DNA from: a bacterium
GTDB taxonomy: Bacteria; Patescibacteriota; Minisyncoccia; Phycocordibacterales; UBA9973
DNA length: 64,000 nt
Assembly: GCA_037143195.1 (NCBI GenBank)
Contig: JBAWZD010000002.1
Location: 140,620 to 204,619 of the forward strand
Reading direction: 5' to 3'
A program made the translations under genes and the position numbers. Below are positions 36,958 to 47,192 of the stretch, in pieces (position 1 is the stretch's first letter; each line of letters begins with the position of its first letter). The notes beneath the pieces were generated by a model, which was not told the DNA's origin, did no database searches, and saw only the letters and a program-made list of their open reading frames with translations.

Positions 36958-36990
36958 GGAAAGGGGCGAGCTTACGCTCGCCCCTTTCCT
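36958..36990. promoter_or_regulatory. perfect 13-bp-stem hairpin between divergent ATP-grasp and P-type ATPase genes
   Basis: GAAAGGGGCGAGC-ttac-GCTCGCCCCTTTC. Confidence 0.6.
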
Positions 36991-37097
36991 CGCCGTATTA
37001 GTGTCCTCCGAGCATAGTAGTGTTCTAAGTAAACCACTAAAAAAATCGACTCAAATAGTATATCACATTTCAAAATAGGCTATAATTATATCCACAT

Positions 37098-39662
37098 ATG
37101 GCAATTGGAACCCACACAACACAAAGTACGAGTGATTTGTTTGCAGAAATGAAAACCCGTGAAGGCGGACTCACGTCCGCCGAAGCCACAAAGCGTCTTG
37201 CTGAAGTCGGCGCAAACGAACTCGAGGCGCACGCGGTCTCATGGTTTTCGATTTTGGTTCGTCAGGTGAAATCTCCGTTTGTCTATATTCTTGTGGCAAC
37301 TGCGATTCTCGCGCTCGCACTCGGGCAGGTCTCTGATGGAGTGATTGTTATTATATTCGTACTTGTGAATGTGTGCATTTCATTTTTTCAAGAATACCAC
37401 TCCGCTCGTTCACTCTTACTCCTGAAGCGTTTTATGAATCCGCACGCGCGAGTGATTCGTAACGGGGAAGAGGTTGTTGTAGATGCGGCCACCCTTGTGC
37501 CTGGGGATATCGTTGTTGTTGAGACGGGAGATATTATTGATGCCGACATTCGTCTCATTGATACGACAGGTCTCTCTATCAATGAGTCGGTGCTCTCTGG
37601 TGAATCAGCTCCTGCGACCAAAACAGGTGAGGCGCAAAAAACAGAGGCACTTGATATTGGTGGTGCCGTCAACATGGCATACTCGGGCACGACAGTCACG
37701 AGTGGACGTGGCGTTGGTGTTGTTGTCGCGACGGGTAAGAATACTGAAATCGGCGGAATCGCAACGTTGACTGTTGAGACGGAACACCTATCTGCGTTTG
37801 AATCGTCAATTCGAATGTTTGCTGAGTTCATTATGAAAATGGTCTCGGTGATTTTGATTATTCTCCTTGCCGTTAATCTCATCATCAAAGGGACACACAA
37901 TATAGTGGAGCTTTTGTTGTTTGCTGTAGCGCTCGCGATTTCGGTTATTCCGGAAGCCCTTCCGATGGTGACGACGCTGTCGCTCTCTCGTGGAGCGCTC
38001 AAACTCGCAAAGGAACACGTTGTGGTGAAGCGTCTTTCTGCAGTGGAAGACCTCGGAAGTATTGAAGTACTCTGTACTGACAAGACGGGAACGCTCACGG
38101 AAAATCATCTTTCGATTCAAACAATCAACGCCGTTGATCAATCTGAATGTCTCGGCTACGCGGCACTTGCTTCAAACGAAGTCATCACGAGTGACAAAGA
38201 ACCAGTCGATGCATTTGATCTTGCGGTGTATCAAAAGATGACTCGACCGGAACGTGAGGCACTCAAGATATATAGTCGCGTGTCGTCAATTCCGTTTGAT
38301 CCAAATCGTCGCCGTGTTTCAGTTGCTGTTAAACATGGAACAGAAAATACGACTGAGGTTGTCGTTCGTGGAGCGCCAGAGACAATCATGGCACTCACCA
38401 CGCTTACAAAAGAAGAAGCCGATACTGTCGCACAATGGGTGAGTGCTGAAGGCAAAGCCGGACGACGCACGCTCGCTGTCGCTCGCGGTGTTTGTACTCA
38501 CCCAAAAGCCTGCGACAAAGATGAGAAAAAACTCACCTATGTTGGATGTATTTCGTTTGTTGATCCGGTAAAGACAACGACGAAAACTGCAATCACTGAA
38601 GCAGAAAATCTTGGAGTATCGATTGTTATTTTGACGGGCGACGGCGCCGACGTAGCCGGCGCCGTCGCCCGCGAAGTAGGTATTGTCGATGACGCATCAA
38701 AAGTGATTACGGAAGCACAATTTCTCGCGCTCTCACCTGTAGAACAAGTCGACGCCGTCCATGAATATCATGTGTTCGCACGCATGTCACCCGCAGGGAA
38801 GTATCGCGTGATTGAAATTTTGTCGAAAGACAAATCAGTTGGGTATCTTGGAGATGGTATCAACGACGCACCTGCGCTCAAGATAGCCTCTGTTGGGCTC
38901 GTGGTCTCAAATGCATCCGACATTGCACGCGACGCAGCTGATGTCGTGCTCTTGAATCGCTCACTCCACGTCATTATCGGTGGAATCAAAAGTGGTCGTG
39001 CGGTATTTGAGAATACGGTGAAATATTTGAAGACCACACTCATCTCAAGTTTTGGAAATTTTTATACGATTGCAATAGCCCAATTGATATTGCCGTATCT
39101 TCCGATGCTTCCGATTCAAATATTGCTCTTGAACTTACTCACTGACTATCCAATGCTTGCCATTGCGACCGATGCGGTGGATCCGCGTGATATCAAGCGA
39201 CCTCGTAGATATAATGTCAAAGAAATTGTACTGATTTCAATTGTGCTTGGACTTGTCTCAACGCTGTTTGATTTTATTTTCTTTGCAACGTTTTATCACT
39301 CGACTGCTGGTGCGCTTGAAACAAATTGGTTTATTGGAAGTGTTTTGACTGAATTAGTGCTTCTCTTTGCGATACGTACTCGTCAACCATTTTGGAAAGC
39401 AAAGCGTCCATCAAAGTGGCTCTTGTGGCTTACTGCTACAGCTGCAACGCTTGCGATTGGATTACCGTTTACATCGTTTGGAAAAAACTTCTTTAAATTC
39501 CTAAGTCCAACATGGGCACACATTACAATCATTGTGTTGATCGTCGGTTTGTATTTTGTGACGAGTGAAGCGTTGAAGCTTGCGTATTATCGCTTTTGGA
39601 ATCACAATGAGGAGGACAGCATCGCGCCACATGCAAACAAGAATTCAAAAAAACATGCATAA
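37098..39662 (+). CDS. cation-transporting P-type ATPase (type II, Ca2+/Mg2+-type)
   Basis: CTDKTGTLTEN phosphorylation motif, TGDGADVA, GDGINDAPAL, 10 TM. Confidence 0.9.
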   Translation: MAIGTHTTQSTSDLFAEMKTREGGLTSAEATKRLAEVGANELEAHAVSWFSILVRQVKSPFVYILVATAILALALGQVSDGVIVIIFVLVNVCISFFQEYHSARSLLLLKRFMNPHARVIRNGEEVVVDAATLVPGDIVVVETGDIIDADIRLIDTTGLSINESVLSGESAPATKTGEAQKTEALDIGGAVNMAYSGTTVTSGRGVGVVVATGKNTEIGGIATLTVETEHLSAFESSIRMFAEFIMKMVSVILIILLAVNLIIKGTHNIVELLLFAVALAISVIPEALPMVTTLSLSRGALKLAKEHVVVKRLSAVEDLGSIEVLCTDKTGTLTENHLSIQTINAVDQSECLGYAALASNEVITSDKEPVDAFDLAVYQKMTRPEREALKIYSRVSSIPFDPNRRRVSVAVKHGTENTTEVVVRGAPETIMALTTLTKEEADTVAQWVSAEGKAGRRTLAVARGVCTHPKACDKDEKKLTYVGCISFVDPVKTTTKTAITEAENLGVSIVILTGDGADVAGAVAREVGIVDDASKVITEAQFLALSPVEQVDAVHEYHVFARMSPAGKYRVIEILSKDKSVGYLGDGINDAPALKIASVGLVVSNASDIARDAADVVLLNRSLHVIIGGIKSGRAVFENTVKYLKTTLISSFGNFYTIAIAQLILPYLPMLPIQILLLNLLTDYPMLAIATDAVDPRDIKRPRRYNVKEIVLISIVLGLVSTLFDFIFFATFYHSTAGALETNWFIGSVLTELVLLFAIRTRQPFWKAKRPSKWLLWLTATAATLAIGLPFTSFGKNFFKFLSPTWAHITIIVLIVGLYFVTSEALKLAYYRFWNHNEEDSIAPHANKNSKKHA

Positions 39663-40728
39663 CATACGCATTTTCCCCGCAGTCATTTTTTTGATGATAT
39701 TTTTTGCGTTTACAGCAACGCCAGTCTTTGCTGATACCTCTACTCCCGTCACACCGCGTGCACTTTTGTATGTCACGGCGACGAAGAGTGGGATTGATTC
39801 GTTGCGCACGCATGTTGCAGCGACGGACATTGTCGCTCCACAAACATATGCGGCAACAAAGACGGGGAAGCTCCTTGGGGTTCCAAATCAAACAATTCTT
39901 ACAATTGCGAAGGACGCTAATGCCCAAGTCATGCCACTTGTAGTCAACCAGTATTTCAGTCAAAAAGATGTGCATGAATTTTTGCAAAACGATGCCGCTG
40001 AAAACAAATTGATTATCGATCTTATCGCCGAAGCAAAACTGCGGGGATATATCGGGTTTCAATATGATTTTGAACATATGATGGCGAGCGACAGAGATTT
40101 GTATTCTGCTTTCGTTGCAAAAAGTGCGCCCTATTTCCATGCTGCAGGACTCCAATTGTCTGTTGCGCTTGCACCACGACACTCTGACTCAGTCGCCGAC
40201 TACGGTGATGGTTCATATGAAAATTGGACTGGCGCATTTGATTACACGGCGATCGGGAGAGCCGTTGATTTCGTTTCTGTCATGGCGTACGACGATTCAC
40301 GTTCTGTTGGTCCGACCGCAGCGCTCCCATGGGTGAAGCAGGTGGTTGATTATACACTCGCACGAATTCCTGCGGACAAAGTTTCGCTCGGCGTTGCGTT
40401 TTATACATGGGTCGACCGAGTCAAAACAGGGAAGCTTGACCATATCGTGACATACAATTCGGTGGCGAAATTGCTTTCAAGCGGGGCGTATCAAACCAAA
40501 GGCTGGTCCGACGATCTCGGCGTCTCATACGTGACATACGTCAAAAAGCATCGACAATACATTGCGTGGTATGAAGACCAGCGGAGTTTTCAAACAAAGC
40601 TCGCCCTTGTGACCGACAAGAACCTTCGCGGATTTTCGGCGTGGGCCCTTGGTCAGGAAGATAGTCGAGTGTGGAGTGACATTGTTGCCATGCGTGCTCG
40701 TTCTGATGGGCTAGCTTTTTTACAGTAG
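39655..40728 (+). CDS. secreted glycoside hydrolase family 18-like protein
   Basis: signal peptide MHNIRIFPAVIFLMIFFAFTATPVFA; GYIGFQYDFEHM resembles GH18 DxxDxDxE catalytic segment. Confidence 0.5.
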   Translation: MHNIRIFPAVIFLMIFFAFTATPVFADTSTPVTPRALLYVTATKSGIDSLRTHVAATDIVAPQTYAATKTGKLLGVPNQTILTIAKDANAQVMPLVVNQYFSQKDVHEFLQNDAAENKLIIDLIAEAKLRGYIGFQYDFEHMMASDRDLYSAFVAKSAPYFHAAGLQLSVALAPRHSDSVADYGDGSYENWTGAFDYTAIGRAVDFVSVMAYDDSRSVGPTAALPWVKQVVDYTLARIPADKVSLGVAFYTWVDRVKTGKLDHIVTYNSVAKLLSSGAYQTKGWSDDLGVSYVTYVKKHRQYIAWYEDQRSFQTKLALVTDKNLRGFSAWALGQEDSRVWSDIVAMRARSDGLAFLQ

Positions 40729-40759
40729 GGAGCTATACTGTCTCTACATACCATAATTC

Positions 40760-41890
40760 ATGAACCTGTTTACAAAAATCATGGCCGAATTCAACCTAAA
40801 CGCTTTGCGTGGAACACCTTCAGTCGAGATTGCCGTTGGCGTCGATATTGGTACTTCGAGTATCAAACTCGTTGAACTCAAAAAAAAGAATGGTCGCGCA
40901 GTGCTTGGGACGTATAGCACGCTGGCGCTTGGTCCGTATGCGAATCTTGACGTTGGTGCAACGACCAACCTTTCTTCTGATATCCTCGCGAAGGCGATTG
41001 GAGATGCACTCAAAGAAGGTTCAATCAGTACTCGAGATGCGGCACTTTCGATCCCATCCTCGGCTTCACTCGTATTTTTGCTTGATCTTCCTGCTGCGAT
41101 TACTGAACGAGAACTTCCGAGTATTGTTCCAACAGAGGCACGTAAATTTATTCCGGTGCCAATTTCCGAAGTAACTCTTGATTATTGGGTTATTCCACAT
41201 CGTCAAGAAGGTTTTTACGAAGATGAGCGCAGTAAATCGGAGGTTGTGCCATCAAAGACCGAGGTGTTGACTGCTGCCATTCATAACGACACGCTTTCGA
41301 AGTACCGTGACCTTACAAAAATTGCTGGGTTGAATTGTGATGTATTTGAGATCGAAGTTTTTTCTTCAATTCGTTCCACATTTGCGCACGAGCTTTCTGC
41401 GGTCCTTCTCGTTGACTTCGGTGCGTCCAAGACCAAGCTCGCCGTTGTCGAATACGGTATCGTGCGAAGTTTTCATATCATCAACAAAGGTTCATTCGAC
41501 ATTACTTCAAACATAGCCAACTCACTCGCCGTATCCTTCGCAAAGGCAGAGGATATGAAGCGTGATATTGGTATCGTTGGAAATGGCAACAATCGTGCGG
41601 CATCTGATGTCGCCAAACTTGTCGTTGATTATATTTTGTCTGAAACACAAACAGTGATTCAAGCTTTTGAACGCAAATACGAGAAACCAATTTCAAAAGT
41701 CATTCTTACCGGTGCGGGGTCGCTTCTCCCTGGGTTCCGTGAACACGCGGTCGATGTATTTCGTACTGAAGTTGTGTATGGTAATCCGTTCGACAAAGCT
41801 GAAGTTCCAGAGTTCGTAGCCAAAGTTCTTGCAGAAACGGGGCCAGAGTTTGCGGTTGCGCTCGGTCTCGCACTTCGAAAGCTTGGATAA
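40760..41890 (+). CDS. pilM: type IV pilus assembly protein PilM
   Basis: AVGVDIGTSSIKLVEL actin-like ATPase N-terminus, length 376 aa. Confidence 0.8.
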   Translation: MNLFTKIMAEFNLNALRGTPSVEIAVGVDIGTSSIKLVELKKKNGRAVLGTYSTLALGPYANLDVGATTNLSSDILAKAIGDALKEGSISTRDAALSIPSSASLVFLLDLPAAITERELPSIVPTEARKFIPVPISEVTLDYWVIPHRQEGFYEDERSKSEVVPSKTEVLTAAIHNDTLSKYRDLTKIAGLNCDVFEIEVFSSIRSTFAHELSAVLLVDFGASKTKLAVVEYGIVRSFHIINKGSFDITSNIANSLAVSFAKAEDMKRDIGIVGNGNNRAASDVAKLVVDYILSETQTVIQAFERKYEKPISKVILTGAGSLLPGFREHAVDVFRTEVVYGNPFDKAEVPEFVAKVLAETGPEFAVALGLALRKLG

Positions 41891-42916
41891 ATGCAAAACA
41901 TCGACTTTTCATTCGCTCAAGATCCGAACACACTTTCACTTGCACTGATTGCGGGTGTTATTCCTGCACTCATTTGGATTTTTTTCTGGATTCGAGAAAC
42001 ACGAGAACGTCCGCGCACTTTTGGTTCATTCTTTTTTGCGTTTCTCGGTGGAGTGTTTATGGTGGTGATGGCACTGCCTGTCGAAAAATTCATGCTTGGA
42101 TTTTCAAATGATCCGAACACTCTCACGGTGTTGTGGGCGGGGAGTGAAGAAGTGTTGAAGTTTCTCGCGTTCCTCCTTGTGCTCTTCATGTCTTCGTCTA
42201 TCGAATCGCCGATTGATTACCCAGTGTACATGATGATTGTCGCGCTCGGATTTTCTGGATTTGAAAATTCATTGTATTTTCTGCAACCACTACAATCGGG
42301 GACAACGACGATTCTTATTCTCGCCGGCTCGATGCGTTTTCTTGGAACAACACTCATGCACGCAGTAGTCAGTTGTCTGCCAGGAATTGCGCTTGGGTTC
42401 GCCTATTTCAAAAATCGCACGACAAAATGTATTTCTGCGATCGTCGGACTTTCGCTCGCAATTACGGGACATAGTTTGTTCAATCTTTTTATTACCGAAA
42501 AACCAGACATCACTTTTTTTACGATTCTCGCCTGTGTCTGGTTCCTCACCATCGTTATTATGATTTTGTTTGAGCGACTTCGTGCAAATGGGAGTGCTGA
42601 AAATTTACAGAGACGCAAAAATATGGCGATTGCCACACTCGAGCGTGCATTTTCTGATTTGCTCGTGAGTACAGATATGCATGAGACTGATACTGAAGCG
42701 ATACTTGCAGGTCTTACCAAAAAGGGCGTTGCGCCCGACGCACCACTCCATGGAGAATTAGACTATTTGCTCCAGTCACTGAGAGAAGCCTATAGTATTT
42801 ATCTTGTGAACCAAGGTGCGAAGAAAGATGACGCTATTCGAGCGACACGATCTTTGATTTCCGACACCGTTTCTCCTCGCGCAATCGCAGGAATTATTTC
42901 TGTTTTAAAAAAATAG
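41891..42916 (+). CDS. polytopic membrane protein, PrsW/CPBP-like intramembrane metalloprotease family (motif-based)
   Basis: ~8 TM; EExxK (GSEEVLKF) and HxxxN (GHSLFN) motifs. Confidence 0.45.
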   Translation: MQNIDFSFAQDPNTLSLALIAGVIPALIWIFFWIRETRERPRTFGSFFFAFLGGVFMVVMALPVEKFMLGFSNDPNTLTVLWAGSEEVLKFLAFLLVLFMSSSIESPIDYPVYMMIVALGFSGFENSLYFLQPLQSGTTTILILAGSMRFLGTTLMHAVVSCLPGIALGFAYFKNRTTKCISAIVGLSLAITGHSLFNLFITEKPDITFFTILACVWFLTIVIMILFERLRANGSAENLQRRKNMAIATLERAFSDLLVSTDMHETDTEAILAGLTKKGVAPDAPLHGELDYLLQSLREAYSIYLVNQGAKKDDAIRATRSLISDTVSPRAIAGIISVLKK

Positions 42917-42986
42917 GACATCCACAGCCTTTTGCTCTATACACCTTGCGTCGGTTGTACTACAATAGGGACAGTGCATAGCTTGT

Positions 42987-43730
42987 ATGGATAACACAAA
43001 CGCTAGCTTTCAAACATCATTCATTCCAAAGAAGCCACTTGCTGAAGAGCGAGTGGTTGCTCCGCGTCATACTTCGATATTTTCATTTCTCGCAACGCTC
43101 ATTTTCTTTGGTTCACTTGCGTCTGCCGGAGCAATTTATTTCTACCAAGCAAATTTGTTGAAGACGAATGCAGACAAGAGCGCGCAGATTACCGCAGCGC
43201 GAAATTCGTTTCAACCAACACTCATCAAAACACTTGAGAAGCTTGATCGTCGTATTACTGATGCCAAGTCGCTGCTCGGAAATCATATTATGGTTTCACC
43301 AGTGTTCGAAGCGCTTCAAGTGAACACACTCAAGAGTATCCAGTTTACAAAATTCTCATACACAACACCGGTTGATCCATCCGCACCAATCACCATTCAC
43401 ATGAGCGGTAAGGCGCGTGATTATGGTTCGATCGCACTTCAGTCAGACCAGCTTGCAAAGAATGTAAATATTCACAACTCACTTTTCTCAAACCTCGCAC
43501 TCGATGCTCAGACGGGAACAGTGTCCTTTGATCTTGAGTTTACTGTTGATGCGGATCTTGTTCGTTTCAAAAATCATTTGGATGATTTTTCTGTACAACA
43601 ACCAAGTGGTACTATAGATACGACAGGGCAGACAGCACAGCCTGTACCGGCGCAAGCTACGAGCGTAAATCCTACAACTGTCTTCCCGCCATCTGGTTCG
43701 ACGAGTAATTCTGTTCCTGCAACACAATAA
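42987..43730 (+). CDS. PilN-like bitopic pilus assembly protein
   Basis: single N-terminal TM, position between pilM and pilO-like. Confidence 0.45.
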   Translation: MDNTNASFQTSFIPKKPLAEERVVAPRHTSIFSFLATLIFFGSLASAGAIYFYQANLLKTNADKSAQITAARNSFQPTLIKTLEKLDRRITDAKSLLGNHIMVSPVFEALQVNTLKSIQFTKFSYTTPVDPSAPITIHMSGKARDYGSIALQSDQLAKNVNIHNSLFSNLALDAQTGTVSFDLEFTVDADLVRFKNHLDDFSVQQPSGTIDTTGQTAQPVPAQATSVNPTTVFPPSGSTSNSVPATQ

Positions 43731-43735
43731 CCTAT

Positions 43736-44311
43736 ATGAGATTCATTCTTCCAATTATTTTGCTTGCACTTTCTCTCGGATTATTTTTCGAGTATACGAA
43801 CCCCGCGTATCAGTCGCTTTCTGCGCAGCGAGCGCTCGCAACGAAATATGACACTGCGCTTACGAATGCACGCAAGCTTACCGAAGAGCGTGATGTACTC
43901 AACCAAAAGTACCGCGCACTTTCAGAAGACTCACTCGCGAGACTCTCGAAATTGTTGCCTGACAATGCGGACAATATTCGTCTCATTATTGATATCCAGC
44001 AAATGGCACAGAGTTACGGTATGTCGTTGAACTCAATCAAATTTGATTCAGCAAACGGTGCATCTGCAACTCCGAGTCAACTTTCAGCTGTTACGACACT
44101 TGATGCGACACAGGCATCGAAGGATTACGGTATTTTCAATCTTCAGTTTACGACAACAGCAACGTACGCGAATTTCCAGAGTTTTCTCAAAGACGTAGAA
44201 TCAAGTTTGCGTCTTACCGATATTCAGTCGATTGATTTTGCTGCTGCAGATCCAGCGAAGGGGACAACAATATTTACCGTGAAGTTGCGCACCTATTGGC
44301 TCAAAGGATAA
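43736..44311 (+). CDS. PilO-like pilus assembly protein
   Basis: N-terminal TM + coiled coil, 191 aa, cluster context. Confidence 0.45.
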   Translation: MRFILPIILLALSLGLFFEYTNPAYQSLSAQRALATKYDTALTNARKLTEERDVLNQKYRALSEDSLARLSKLLPDNADNIRLIIDIQQMAQSYGMSLNSIKFDSANGASATPSQLSAVTTLDATQASKDYGIFNLQFTTTATYANFQSFLKDVESSLRLTDIQSIDFAAADPAKGTTIFTVKLRTYWLKG

Positions 44312-44315
44312 TTCT

Positions 44316-44978
44316 ATGAAATCTATTATTCGGAACATCATCATTATCGCAGTCGTACTCATTCTTGGCGTTATTGGCTACAAGATGTTCTTTGGAAGTA
44401 CGACGAGTACTCCGAAGGCCAGTCTGCAAACGACTGCTGGGGTAGGAGCTGGTACGTCGGCTCTACCTCAAATCGCAGCGACGACTCCGGCCTCGGCGGC
44501 AGATGCTGGCACGATTGGGACAGACTTTTTGAATACGCTCCTCTCAATCGAATCCATCTCACTTGATGATTCTCTCTTTACAAGTAAAGAATTCACTGTA
44601 CTTCAAGATTTCAATCGTCCAATTCCACCTGATCAGAATCCAGGCCGTTTGAATCCGTTTGCTCCAATCGGTGCAGATGGTGTTGTTTCGACTGTTCAGG
44701 TTTCAACGAGTAGCCCCTCCTCGGTCACTGGTACATCGGCGACATTGAACGGCACACTCCTTGTTGGAGATGCGACAACAACACGATGGTTTGAATATGG
44801 AACAACGAGCTCACTCGGTTTCATGACAACACCAAAACCTCAGACGACGCAAGGTGCCTTTACGGAAGTAGTTACAAAGCTCCTTCCAAATACAACGTAC
44901 TATGTGCGAGCAGATGCATTGATAGGAGGTGCGACTGTGCTTGGAAATGTGTTGACGTGGAAGACGGCCCAGAAGTAA
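44316..44978 (+). CDS. PilP-like protein with C-terminal Fn3-like domain
   Basis: TM anchor; SATLNGTLLVGDATTTRWFEYGTTSSLG...PNTTYYVRA repeat-domain signature. Confidence 0.4.
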   Translation: MKSIIRNIIIIAVVLILGVIGYKMFFGSTTSTPKASLQTTAGVGAGTSALPQIAATTPASAADAGTIGTDFLNTLLSIESISLDDSLFTSKEFTVLQDFNRPIPPDQNPGRLNPFAPIGADGVVSTVQVSTSSPSSVTGTSATLNGTLLVGDATTTRWFEYGTTSSLGFMTTPKPQTTQGAFTEVVTKLLPNTTYYVRADALIGGATVLGNVLTWKTAQK

Positions 44979-44999
44979 CGCGTACGAATCAAACATACA

Positions 45000-46730
45000 A
45001 TGACATTCATTGAGGAATTAGTACAACGAGGACTTGTCGCCCAAGATCAAGTAGGGGATATTTTACGTGTCGCAAGTGAGAAATACGGTGGCAACCTCGA
45101 AGAATCAATCATTGCACACGGTGTTCCAGAAAACACGCTCCTCGCAGAAAAAAGTTCGTATTACAATTTGCCATCTCGTCCTATCGATCCAAAAACGGTT
45201 CGCGGAGATATTCTCAAATATATTCCAGAAGATGCTGCGCAACACTATCACTTTGTACCACTTGGTATCGAGGCTGGAGCGTTGCTTGTAGGAATTACTA
45301 ACCCCGAGGAGACTCAGGCAGGTGATGCTCTTCAGTTTATTACTGACGGGCACGGCGGAATGCCGTACAAATTGTTTGTTATTTCCGAACGCGTGTTCAA
45401 AGCTATTTTGCAAAACTATAGTGGCATGAGTGGTCAGGTCGACAAGGCACTGACTGATTATGGGAATGAGTCAGGGCAAAATACTGATATCACGATCGAT
45501 GATCCTCGCACGGCCCAAGAAAAATTGAAGCCAGGAGAAGAAGAAAAAATTGTCGAGGAGGCGCCAATCATTAAAATCGTTGCCGTGATTCTCAACAATG
45601 CAGTTGAAGGAAATGCCTCTGACATTCATATTGAAAACACTGGAGAAAAAGTGAAGGTCCGATTTCGTGTGGACGGCATTTTGCATACATCACTTGTGCT
45701 TCCGATGACAGTCTATGCCGGTGTGGTTGCCCGTATCAAAATCTTGTCCAAACTTCGTCTCGACGAAAAGCGCAAACCACAAGATGGGGGATTCTCTGCT
45801 ACGATCAATGCTCGAAAGATTGATTTTCGTGTTTCAACATTGCCTTCGTACTACGGAGAAAAAGTTGTGCTTCGTATTCTCGATACCGAGAAGGGCGTAA
45901 AGGCGCTCGATACAATCGGCCTTTCTGCTGAACATATGGCAATGATTCGCGACGCACTCGCTCGACCATACGGATTGATTTTGGTTACCGGTCCGACAGG
46001 GTCTGGAAAATCTACGACCATTTATTCGATTTTGAATGAGCTTGATAAAGAAAAGTACAATATTGTGTCGCTCGAAGATCCGGTGGAATATCACATTCCT
46101 GATGTAAACCAGTCACAGGTCATGCCTGAGATCGGCTATACCTTTGCGTCCGGACTCCGCTCTATTCTTCGTCAGGACCCAGATGTCATCATGGTGGGAG
46201 AAATTCGTGATGCCGAGACTGCTCAGCTCGCTATTCAAGCTGCGCTCACTGGACACATCGTGCTTTCAACACTTCACACGAATAATGCGATTGGTATCGT
46301 TCCTCGCTTGATTGATATGGGTATTGATCCGTATTTGATTGCTCCAACGCTCACGCTTGCGATCGCGCAACGCCTCGTGCGTATGACGTGTGTGTCGAGC
46401 CGCCATCAGGCAGAGAATCAAGAGAGTCTCAAGGAAATGGCTACCAAGCAGTTTGCCGACTTACCTGATGAGTTCAAGTCGAAGCTTCCAAACGGAATGT
46501 TTACTGATGCGATACCCTCTGCTGAGTGTCCAGGGGGGACTCGCGGTCGCTTGGCTGTCTTTGAAATGTACCAAAACGACAAGGATCTCCAGGCCCTTAT
46601 TTTGAAGAAACCGGTTGAAACCGATATCTATCAGCTTGTTCGAGGCAAGGGATACCTCACGATGCGCGAAGATGCAATTCTTAAGTGTATTGATGGGAAA
46701 ATTCCGTTCCAAGAGATTTACAATGTCTAA
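45000..46730 (+). CDS. pilB: type IV pilus assembly ATPase PilB (GspE family)
   Basis: GspII_E N-domain, Walker A GPTGSGKSTT, Asp/His boxes, tetracysteine CVSS...CPGG. Confidence 0.9.
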   Translation: MTFIEELVQRGLVAQDQVGDILRVASEKYGGNLEESIIAHGVPENTLLAEKSSYYNLPSRPIDPKTVRGDILKYIPEDAAQHYHFVPLGIEAGALLVGITNPEETQAGDALQFITDGHGGMPYKLFVISERVFKAILQNYSGMSGQVDKALTDYGNESGQNTDITIDDPRTAQEKLKPGEEEKIVEEAPIIKIVAVILNNAVEGNASDIHIENTGEKVKVRFRVDGILHTSLVLPMTVYAGVVARIKILSKLRLDEKRKPQDGGFSATINARKIDFRVSTLPSYYGEKVVLRILDTEKGVKALDTIGLSAEHMAMIRDALARPYGLILVTGPTGSGKSTTIYSILNELDKEKYNIVSLEDPVEYHIPDVNQSQVMPEIGYTFASGLRSILRQDPDVIMVGEIRDAETAQLAIQAALTGHIVLSTLHTNNAIGIVPRLIDMGIDPYLIAPTLTLAIAQRLVRMTCVSSRHQAENQESLKEMATKQFADLPDEFKSKLPNGMFTDAIPSAECPGGTRGRLAVFEMYQNDKDLQALILKKPVETDIYQLVRGKGYLTMREDAILKCIDGKIPFQEIYNV

Positions 46731-46794
46731 AGCTTTCCACTCTATGCAACGCGGTTGTGCTATACTATAATGGTCACAGACAACGAATAATAGT

Positions 46795-47187
46795 ATGCCA
46801 AATAAAAAAATCTTCATCGTAGACGACGACAGCTTTCTCCTCGACATGTATGCACTCAAATTCTCGCAATCGGGATATGATGTGACGACAGCGCTTGGGG
46901 CTCTTCCCGCACTTGAAAAACTTCGCGGGGGAACATACGTTCCTGACATTATCCTGCTCGACATCGTCATGCCAGTCGTCGATGGATTTGAATTTCTTGA
47001 GAAAATGCGTGCCGAAAGTCTCGCCCTTGGTGCAATCCGAATCGTCCTTTCAAATCGTGGACAAGAAGCAGACATCGCTCGAGGCAAAGAGCTCGGTGCT
47101 GCAGGATATATCGTGAAGGCCTCGACAACTCCAGCCGAAGTTATTACTCAGGTTGCAGACATTATTTCAAAGATTGAGAAAAAATAA
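46795..47187 (+). CDS. response regulator receiver protein (CheY/PilH-like)
   Basis: KKIFIVDDD...LLDIVMPVVDG...K receiver. Confidence 0.85.
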   Translation: MPNKKIFIVDDDSFLLDMYALKFSQSGYDVTTALGALPALEKLRGGTYVPDIILLDIVMPVVDGFEFLEKMRAESLALGAIRIVLSNRGQEADIARGKELGAAGYIVKASTTPAEVITQVADIISKIEKK

Positions 47188-47192
47188 TCACT

